Shown: positions 27,267-34,031 of the stretch, in pieces
Numbering within the stretch: position 1 is the first letter of the stretch
How the letters are laid out: each line of letters begins with the position of its first letter
NCBI GenBank assembly: GCA_011620595.1
Contig: WOYX01000038.1
Coordinates: 2,774-66,773 of the forward strand
Origin: Bacteroidales bacterium
GTDB lineage: Bacteria > Bacteroidota > Bacteroidia > Bacteroidales > VadinHA17
DNA length: 64,000 nt
Reading direction: 5' to 3'
The notes under the pieces: generated by a model
Databases searched by the model: none
Told to the model about the DNA's origin: nothing
What the model saw: only the letters and a program-made list of their open reading frames with translations
Program-made: the position numbers and the translations under genes

Positions 27267-27965
27267 CTAAAAACGGTATCCCAAAGAGAGACCGTAACCT
27301 GTATTCCTGTATGCGGTCTGGTCATCAGAGATCCAGGCATACTCCGGATTGATTTTCAGCAATCCAAGCTGCGCATTCAGATGAATGAACACTCCCATCG
27401 CAAGTTCATAACCGAACAGGATATTGGCGCCGGCATCAAATGGCCTGTAATAAGCATTCTCAACCAGATCGGTCCAGTCATCAACAGAATTTTTAAATTT
27501 CACCGTTCGTTCAGTCGATACCGAATTGTACCGGGTGGTCTCCTTGCCTGAAATCCCGAAGGCCAGATAAGGTCCGAACCCGAGCAACAGATGCCCGTTG
27601 CCCAATTGTGGTCTGTACAGCAGGGTTAACGGCAACTCGACATAGGAGAGTCTGGTTGTCGTGGTATAATCACCGGAGGCCTTTGTAGGAGGGGTATAGA
27701 ATTCATTCTTTGACCCCTTGACGGAAAAGAGTAGTCCGGGCTGAAAGTCGAAATTGGGTGCTACAGGAATATTAACATTCAACCCGGCATGAAAACCTGT
27801 CAGGAGCCCATTCTCAAGCTTATCCCCGTTACTGTTCGTCCCGTTAATATTCTGGAAGTTAACCCCGCCCAGAAGACTAATGCCAATCTGAGCCTGCATC
27901 GCCAGTGATGACAGGATAAGGATTACGGATAATGTCAGAAACTTCATTTTCATTTTCATTTTCAT
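27267..27965 (-). CDS. Outer-membrane beta-barrel protein (OMP_b-brl-type porin family)
   Basis: Signal peptide ending AMQAQ, alternating beta-strand pattern, C-terminal GYGLSLGYRF. The N-terminus MKMKMKMK is encoded by (ATGAAA)x3 followed by ATGAAG. Confidence 0.8.
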   Translation of the reverse strand: MKMKMKMKFLTLSVILILSSLAMQAQIGISLLGGVNFQNINGTNSNGDKLENGLLTGFHAGLNVNIPVAPNFDFQPGLLFSVKGSKNEFYTPPTKASGDYTTTTRLSYVELPLTLLYRPQLGNGHLLLGFGPYLAFGISGKETTRYNSVSTERTVKFKNSVDDWTDLVENAYYRPFDAGANILFGYELAMGVFIHLNAQLGLLKINPEYAWISDDQTAYRNTGYGLSLGYRF

Positions 27966-28008
27966 ATAGTATTAAGATTTCTAATTTATTGAATTGATAC
28001 AGATACTA

Positions 28009-28680
28009 CTATTGGTTTGCTGCTTTTTCAGCTTCAGCTATCATCTTCTCATTGGCGGTGATCAGGAACTCCACCCTGCGGTTCTCGGTTCTCCCTTCAG
28101 CCGTATTGTTTTCGTATTTGGGAGTGGTTTCTCCATACCCTTTAATTGTAAGGCGGCTGGCTGCTGTGCCCTGGCCTTCAAGATAACCTGAAACTACTGC
28201 GGCACGCCTTTCAGACAATGCCTGGTTGTAAGCTATGCTGCCCTTGCTGTCGGTATGACCCTGTATCTCAATATCCGTATCGGGATAGGCGTCAAGCACC
28301 TTAATAAGTTTATCAAGGCTTGTTCTGGCTTCGGCTGACAATGTCGACTCGTCAAATCCGAACAGGACATTACTGTTGAATTCAACAATTATACCTTCTC
28401 CGACGCGTTCAACTTTCGCATCAGGAACGGTTTTCATTATTTCCTCAGCCTGTTTGTCCATCTGATTCCCAATTATCGCACCCGTGGCACCGCCTACCGT
28501 GGCACCGATAATAGCACCCAGGGCAGTGTTTCCCGACACTCTTCCAATAACGGCTCCCATGGCACCTCCCGTAGCAGTCCCTACAACAGCACCCTTCTGG
28601 GTCTTGTTCCAGGATGCACAGCCTGATATCATCATTACCATGCTGACAATCATGATTAAACTCACTCTCGACGTTCTCAT
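28009..28680 (-). CDS. OmpA-family lipoprotein with glycine-zipper N-terminal region
   Basis: Lipobox MISGCAS. Gly-zipper GAVVGTATGGAMGAVIGRVSGNTALGAIIGATVGGATGAIIG. OmpA_C motifs FGFDESTL, GHTDSKGS..YNQALSERRA, NRRVEF. Confidence 0.9.
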   Translation of the reverse strand: MRTSRVSLIMIVSMVMMISGCASWNKTQKGAVVGTATGGAMGAVIGRVSGNTALGAIIGATVGGATGAIIGNQMDKQAEEIMKTVPDAKVERVGEGIIVEFNSNVLFGFDESTLSAEARTSLDKLIKVLDAYPDTDIEIQGHTDSKGSIAYNQALSERRAAVVSGYLEGQGTAASRLTIKGYGETTPKYENNTAEGRTENRRVEFLITANEKMIAEAEKAANQ

Positions 28681-28736
28681 AATTAATTATTTAGATGTTT
28701 ATTAATATTCAATTTGAATAATCGGAGATATATTGA

Positions 28737-28807
28737 TAAAGGTAGACATGAAGGCGACGGTCAGCGTTACATAACTTTGTAAATGAGTTACATGATTCAC
28801 ACATGAG
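28737..28807 (-). promoter_or_regulatory. Composite upstream element, copy d (faces OmpA gene)
   Basis: Minus strand reads CTCATGTGTGAATCATGTAAC-N15-TGTAAC-N21-TACCTTTA. TGTAA cores at 28792 and 28771. The first 21 nt are identical to copy c. Confidence 0.6.
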
Positions 28808-28816
28808 ACAAGCGAT

Positions 28817-28860
28817 GATGTGTGAATTGTGTAATTCTTAATTGTCATTGTGATTGTTGT
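28817..28860 (+). promoter_or_regulatory. Partial copy e of the element (first site only), inverted relative to copy d
   Basis: GATGTGTGAATTGTGTAAT. The position +21 reads TGATT instead of TGTAA, and there is no -7 box at the expected offset. Confidence 0.35.
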
Positions 28861-29070
28861 GATAGTCTGGCTACTTAAGTTATTCGGAGCATTTGAATAC
28901 CTGAGCAACATTCAGCTTTAGCACCTGCCTCTGAACCCGGCATGGACAATCTGTGTAAATTATTGCTTGTGATTGGTGGTAAAACAACTGCCATTACATG
29001 CTCTATATGGTAATTTATTCTTTATTTTGTGTGATATTTAATTGTAAATGACACGGTTTCAAAATAAAGT

Positions 29071-32010
29071 ATGGCAGTCGTAACAAAAAAAACAAAATCA
29101 CAGGTTTCATCTGCCGGGAAAACCCCAAGAAAGGTTCCTGAAATGTTTCCGATAGTTGGAATTGGTGCTTCAGCCGGAGGGCTGGAGGCACTGGAGCAGT
29201 TTTTGGGTAACGTACCTGACAAAAGCGGGATGGCCTATGTTGTCATCCAGCATCTTGACCCTACCCAGAAGGGCATGTTGCCGGACCTGCTCCAGAGGAT
29301 CACTTCAATGAAGGTTTACCAGGCAGCAGACCGTATGCCGGTAAAGGTAAATTCCGTATACGTCATTCCTCCGAATAAAAGCATGTCAATACTCAACGGG
29401 GTTCTTCACCTGTTTGAGCCCGTTGAAACCAGGGGTATGCGTCTCCCGATCGACTTTTTCCTCCGCTCCCTGGCAGATGACAGACAGGATCTCAGCATCG
29501 GGGTCATCCTTTCAGGAATGGGTTCAGACGGAAGCACCGGCCTCAAGGCTATAAAGGAAAAAAACGGGATAGTGGTTGTGCAGGATCCTGCAGATGCAAA
29601 ATTCGACAGCATGCCCCGCAGCGCTATCGAGTTTGTGCTGGTGGATATCATAGCTGCAGCACGTGAGCTGCCGGGCAGAATCATGGAATTTCTTAAGCAC
29701 ATCCCTGCCATAAGATCAGATCTGAACACGGAAATAAAGGACAAGAGTTCGCTGGATAAAATAATTATCCTATTGCGGACTTATACCGGAAACGATTTCT
29801 CCCAGTATAAGAAAAATACCCTTTATCGCCGGATTGAAAGACGCATGTCCGTGCATAAGATAGATAAAATTGTCACTTATGTGCACTTTCTCCAGGGAAA
29901 TCCGAAGGAGGTGGAGATTCTTTTCAAGGAGTTGCTGATAGGGGTGACCGGTTTCTTCCGCGATCCCGCAGTCTGGGTAAAGCTGAAAGAAGCTCTTTTG
30001 CCGGAAGTACTTTCCGGGATGCAACCAGGCACTGTTTTGAGAGCCTGGGTCCCGGGCTGCTCCACAGGAGAAGAGGCATATTCTCTGGCAATTGTATTCG
30101 GGGAGGCACTTGAAAAGTTAAATCAGCATAGCGGCACCGCCCTGCAGATTTTTGCTACTGATATTGATCCCGATGCAATTGATATCGCCAGGAAAGGGTT
30201 GTATCCGGCAAATATTGCTGCCGATATTTCGGCCGACCGCCTCAACAGGTATTTTATTCCCACCGAAGAGGGATACCGGATCAAGACCGAGATCAGGGAA
30301 ATGGTTGTGTTTGCACAGCATAATATTATCCTGCACCCTCCTTTTACAAAGCTTGACATATTATCATGCCGCAACCTGCTGATATATATGGACCCTGAGT
30401 TGCAGAAGAAACTCATAGGGTTGTTTTACTACAGCATAAATCCTGACGGTATATTGCTGCTGGGAGGGTCCGAGACCCTTGGTAACCAGAACCACCTGTT
30501 TACTCCGGTCGACACTAAATTGAAAATATACAAACGAACACGGAGCAGTCATCTGCCTGCATATTTTGATTTTCCCTCCTCATTTTCCAGGTCAAAATCA
30601 TCAGCGATCAAAGACCTCATTCCTGACACCAGGGATCTTAATTTTCAGGCGCTTGCCGACCGTCTTCTGCTTGATTACTATACACCTGCCGGTGTACTTG
30701 TAAATGATTATGGCGATGTGATTTACATCCACGGCCATACGGGCAGATATCTTGAACCGGCTGCCGGCAAGGCGAACATGAACATCTTTGCCATGTTGCG
30801 TGAAGGGCTTCGTAATGAATTTCATCATGCCTTCCGCAGGGCTGTCACAAATAAGGAGACGGTTGTTTTGCACAACCTCCGGATCAACGTCAATGGCAAT
30901 TCACAATTAGTAGATATTGAGATCAGGTGGATAGACAAGCCGGATCTCCTGTACGGCACCTTAATGATCATCTTTGCCGAGGTGAAGGAGGTCGCTGCCA
31001 TCAGCCCTGTTTCAAAGTCAAGGGGGCATTCCAAAGACTCAACGAGGGAGCAAGAGTTGGAAACCGAGTTACAACGGATGCGTGAGGTAATGCAGAACTC
31101 TCTCGAGGAGGTTCAGACTTCACAGGAGGAGCTGCGGTCAACCAACGAGGAACTCCAGTCCACCAATGAAGAGCTGCAATCGACAAATGAAGAGCTCACA
31201 ACATCAAAGGAAGAGATGCAGAGCCTGAATGAGGAGCTTCAGACAGTGAATGCTGAATTGCAGGCCAAGGTAGATGATTACTCCAGGGTTAACAATGACA
31301 TGAAGAACCTGCTTAACAGCACTGAAATTGCCACCCTGTTTCTCGACAAGGAATTAAACATCAGACGCTTTACTCTTCAGGCCACAAAGATATTCAAACT
31401 CATTAAAAGTGACATCGGCCGGCCATTTACCGACCAGGTATCAGACCTTGATTATCCCGGACTGGCTGAAGATGCACGCGAAGTATTAAGGACTCTGATT
31501 TTTATCCAGAAAGAGATCCCGGCTGTTGACGGCCGCTGGTTCCTGGTACGCATAATGCCCTATCGTACTTTCGATGACAGGATTGACGGCCTTGTAATTA
31601 CTTTTATCAATATATCCGAGCATAAAAGAACCGAACAGAAATTGCTCCTGAGCGAAAAGAAAAACAGAATCCTGTTGAATGCCACCACTGAAGTTAAAAT
31701 AGTCCTGGCGGATGACAGTTCAGTAATGGACCTCAGCCCGGAAGCCGAATCTTTTTTCGGGAAGAACAGGGAGGAGTGTTTAAATAAAGACTTTGTCACG
31801 ATGTTTGTTCCTGAAAAATATCACAGAAGTGTTGAAAGGGATATTAAAGCGTTGCTCAGCAAGGGTTCGGGCGGGAGAATTAAAATGAGGGTTCTGACCG
31901 CAGCAGGAGAGATGCAGGTTGTAGATTTTTTTGTTAACTTATCGCTGAATAAAATGAAAAAGGCAGAAGGATTGATCCTGTCTATAAACATGCAACAGAA
32001 CAATGAATAA
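29071..32010 (+). CDS. CheB methylesterase-CheR methyltransferase-PAS multidomain protein without kinase domain
   Basis: 979 aa. CheB-like IVGIGASAGGLEALEQFL...VVIQHLDP. CheR-like FFRDPAVW...WVPGCSTGEEAYSLAI...ATDID...CRNLLIY. Heptad block STNEELQSTNEELQSTNEEL, then PAS regions. No HisKA/HATPase. Confidence 0.9.
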   Translation: MAVVTKKTKSQVSSAGKTPRKVPEMFPIVGIGASAGGLEALEQFLGNVPDKSGMAYVVIQHLDPTQKGMLPDLLQRITSMKVYQAADRMPVKVNSVYVIPPNKSMSILNGVLHLFEPVETRGMRLPIDFFLRSLADDRQDLSIGVILSGMGSDGSTGLKAIKEKNGIVVVQDPADAKFDSMPRSAIEFVLVDIIAAARELPGRIMEFLKHIPAIRSDLNTEIKDKSSLDKIIILLRTYTGNDFSQYKKNTLYRRIERRMSVHKIDKIVTYVHFLQGNPKEVEILFKELLIGVTGFFRDPAVWVKLKEALLPEVLSGMQPGTVLRAWVPGCSTGEEAYSLAIVFGEALEKLNQHSGTALQIFATDIDPDAIDIARKGLYPANIAADISADRLNRYFIPTEEGYRIKTEIREMVVFAQHNIILHPPFTKLDILSCRNLLIYMDPELQKKLIGLFYYSINPDGILLLGGSETLGNQNHLFTPVDTKLKIYKRTRSSHLPAYFDFPSSFSRSKSSAIKDLIPDTRDLNFQALADRLLLDYYTPAGVLVNDYGDVIYIHGHTGRYLEPAAGKANMNIFAMLREGLRNEFHHAFRRAVTNKETVVLHNLRINVNGNSQLVDIEIRWIDKPDLLYGTLMIIFAEVKEVAAISPVSKSRGHSKDSTREQELETELQRMREVMQNSLEEVQTSQEELRSTNEELQSTNEELQSTNEELTTSKEEMQSLNEELQTVNAELQAKVDDYSRVNNDMKNLLNSTEIATLFLDKELNIRRFTLQATKIFKLIKSDIGRPFTDQVSDLDYPGLAEDAREVLRTLIFIQKEIPAVDGRWFLVRIMPYRTFDDRIDGLVITFINISEHKRTEQKLLLSEKKNRILLNATTEVKIVLADDSSVMDLSPEAESFFGKNREECLNKDFVTMFVPEKYHRSVERDIKALLSKGSGGRIKMRVLTAAGEMQVVDFFVNLSLNKMKKAEGLILSINMQQNNE

Positions 32011-32554
32011 GAAGGAGCCAAATCTAACAGAAAGTCAGTTACTCCGGTTAAAGGCTGAAGAGAAGCTGAAGAAGAAACGAAGGAAAATACCGTCAGAGAT
32101 TCCGGAAGCTGACGCGAAAAAACTTCTCCATGAACTTCAGGTTCATCAGATAGAACTGGAGATGCAGAATGAGGAGTTGAGGCAGGCAAATGCTATTGCC
32201 GAAGAGGCTCTCAGGCGTTATACCATGCTATATGATTTTGCACCCATGGGCTACTTTATCCTGGAGAGTGACGGCAGCATCGCGGATCTCAATTTCACCG
32301 GCGCCGAGATTTTGGGCGATAAGCGTTTCAGCCTTCTTAACAGTAACTTTAAGCTGTTCATTGCCGATTCCTACAAGCCGGTATTCAATAAGTTCTTCAG
32401 GAAAGTCTATACAAGTACCGCGAAGGAGTCATGTGAGCTTGTTCTCGCATACAATGGCAGGACTCCCCGTCATGTATATGTCGAAGGAGTCGTCACCGGG
32501 GATGAACGGCAATGCCTCCTTTCTGTAGTCGATATCTCGGGATTTAAAAGGTGA
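32003..32554 (+). CDS. Stand-alone PAS protein (overlaps the CheB-CheR-PAS gene by 8 nt)
   Basis: LLHELQVHQIELEMQNEELRQANAIAEEALRRYTMLYDFAPMGYFILESDGSI... is the linker-plus-PAS module usually found inside long PAS/kinase proteins. Confidence 0.8.
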   Translation: MNKKEPNLTESQLLRLKAEEKLKKKRRKIPSEIPEADAKKLLHELQVHQIELEMQNEELRQANAIAEEALRRYTMLYDFAPMGYFILESDGSIADLNFTGAEILGDKRFSLLNSNFKLFIADSYKPVFNKFFRKVYTSTAKESCELVLAYNGRTPRHVYVEGVVTGDERQCLLSVVDISGFKR

Positions 32555-32620
32555 TCATCTCCATTACCTGATATCCGGCTTACCTTGCCGGATATCTGAG
32601 ATTCCGATACCACCGGTCAA

Positions 32621-32790
32621 CGGGGGCTCCCGGTTCTTAGCCCGGGTTTTCTCCTCTTAACTGACGCGGGTTTTCACCTGATTTTTAGCACGGGGTTTTC
32701 TCCTCTTAACTGACACGGCCACCTCCTACCTTCTTGCACGGGTTTTCCACCCTTTTCTGACGTGGGAGTTATCCTCTTTCCCCGGGTGTG
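32621..32790. repeat. Degenerate ~24-bp-period tandem array (7-8 units headed by GGGTTTTC)
   Basis: GGGTTTTC at 32644, 32668, 32693 and 32740, with weaker heads at 32621, 32717, 32763 and 32784. The perfect 22-mer GGGTTTTCTCCTCTTAACTGAC occurs at 32644 and 32693. Confidence 0.7.
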
Positions 32791-32851
32791 AATTATATAA
32801 TTCTTTGCCGGAATTGTGTAATGGTTCTGTTGATGAAAAAATGAATCTTTG
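32784..32851 (+). promoter_or_regulatory. Composite upstream element, copy f
   Basis: GGGTGTGAATTATATAAT-N15-TGTAAT-N21-AATCTTTG. Cores at 32796 (TATAA) and 32817 (TGTAA). The -7-like box is at 32844-32851, 67 nt before the ATG at 32919. Confidence 0.55.
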
Positions 32852-32918
32852 ACTGGTACGAAATCAATTGGCAATATGATGCTGATTGACCTTACACCAT
32901 CACATAAATAACGATAAA

Positions 32919-33323
32919 ATGAAAACAAAAATTTTTACACTCACCCTGTTCATTCTGATTGCTTTCTGGTTCACCTCCTGCTCCAATAAGACATTTTTCC
33001 TTCAGTCATCAGTACTACCGGCAGCTGAAGGTTATGTAGAAGTATCCAGAGATAAGTCCGAGAACTATAAAATTAAGCTGGAATTAAAGAATTTTGCCGG
33101 GGCCGACAGACTGGATCCTTCAAACCTGACCTATGTGGTCTGGATGGTCACAGCAAAGGAAGAAGCAGTAAATATTGGACGGATAAGTACATCGAATTCG
33201 CTGAAAGTATCTTTTGAGACACTAAGTTCCTTCAAGCCGGTTAAGATATTTATTACGGCCGAAGAACAGGAGAATGTCAGATATCCGGGTCCCATGGTGA
33301 TCCTGACAACTGACAGGTTTTAG
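32919..33323 (+). CDS. Hypothetical lipoprotein (134 aa)
   Basis: Start set at ATG 32919 (MKTKIFTLTLFILIAFWFTSCS lipobox). Beta-rich mature part. Confidence 0.7.
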   Translation: MKTKIFTLTLFILIAFWFTSCSNKTFFLQSSVLPAAEGYVEVSRDKSENYKIKLELKNFAGADRLDPSNLTYVVWMVTAKEEAVNIGRISTSNSLKVSFETLSSFKPVKIFITAEEQENVRYPGPMVILTTDRF

Positions 33324-33400
33324 TCCGCAAGGTGCACGGGTTGCTTATATAGCCGGCAGGGATGAAGTAATACCTGATAATATTAATCAAGGACAAGGAT

Positions 33401-33811
33401 ATGAAAGCTGAAGAACATTCCGGGTCCGGCTCTTTTGACTGGACTATTGTAAAGGATGCATTGAGACGTGCATTGCCATCAGGGGCAAAACCTTCATGGA
33501 GAAGTGGTCTGCCGTTTAAAAACTGTAATGTTGAGATATCTGTTTTGATCAATGATATCTTCGGAGGCAAAATCCTGAGAAAACGCAACGGAAGGAGCTG
33601 GCATTTTTATAACTGCATCAATGATGAATGCGTTGATCTTACCGGGCATGAAGAAACCATCTCATGTGATGATTCCGCCTTCAAAAAAAACGCTGACGTT
33701 CCGGCGAATAGTTCCGGTAATTTCGGGCAGAATGATTATACAACGCTCTTCCTGAGGTTTGTAAGTGCCTTTGAGGAGACAGTCGGCCTGGGGAAATACC
33801 AGAGCGCATAA
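33401..33811 (+). CDS. Hypothetical protein (136 aa)
   Basis: ORF with normal composition, followed by a very strong terminator. No recognisable motif. Confidence 0.55.
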   Translation: MKAEEHSGSGSFDWTIVKDALRRALPSGAKPSWRSGLPFKNCNVEISVLINDIFGGKILRKRNGRSWHFYNCINDECVDLTGHEETISCDDSAFKKNADVPANSSGNFGQNDYTTLFLRFVSAFEETVGLGKYQSA

Positions 33812-33822
33812 GCAATTGATTC

Positions 33823-33862
33823 CTGTGCAGGTGCGCCCCACCGGGGCGCACCTGCACAGTTT
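33823..33862 (+). terminator. Intrinsic terminator
   Basis: Perfect 17-bp stem CTGTGCAGGTGCGCCCC / GGGGCGCACCTGCACAG with a 3-nt loop, followed by TTT. Confidence 0.75.
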
Positions 33863-34031
33863 GCCCTGTAACACTTCTCTCTCCGGCGGATCAGAGCTAA
33901 TCCTGCTTTTCCCGACCTGCCGCTCTCTTTCTCTTCACGGCTAGCCCCCTGACCGGATTTTATCCCTTTGTCCGGCTCAAATCTTGCAACATTTTCTTAC
34001 ATTGCTTTCAAAATTTACAAACACATATCCC

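Noticed and set aside
27942-27965. (ATGAAA)x3 followed by ATGAAG at the 5' end of the OMP beta-barrel gene (MKMKMKMK) as a phase-variation tract.
   Set aside because: The 6-nt unit keeps the frame, so slippage would only change signal-peptide n-region length or offer alternative in-frame starts. There is no on/off switch mechanism evident.
31120-31260. 21-nt periodic repeat (STNEELQ x3 and related heptads) inside the CheB-CheR-PAS gene.
   Set aside because: It is an in-frame coding repeat forming the coiled-coil linker characteristic of this protein family, not an independent DNA element.
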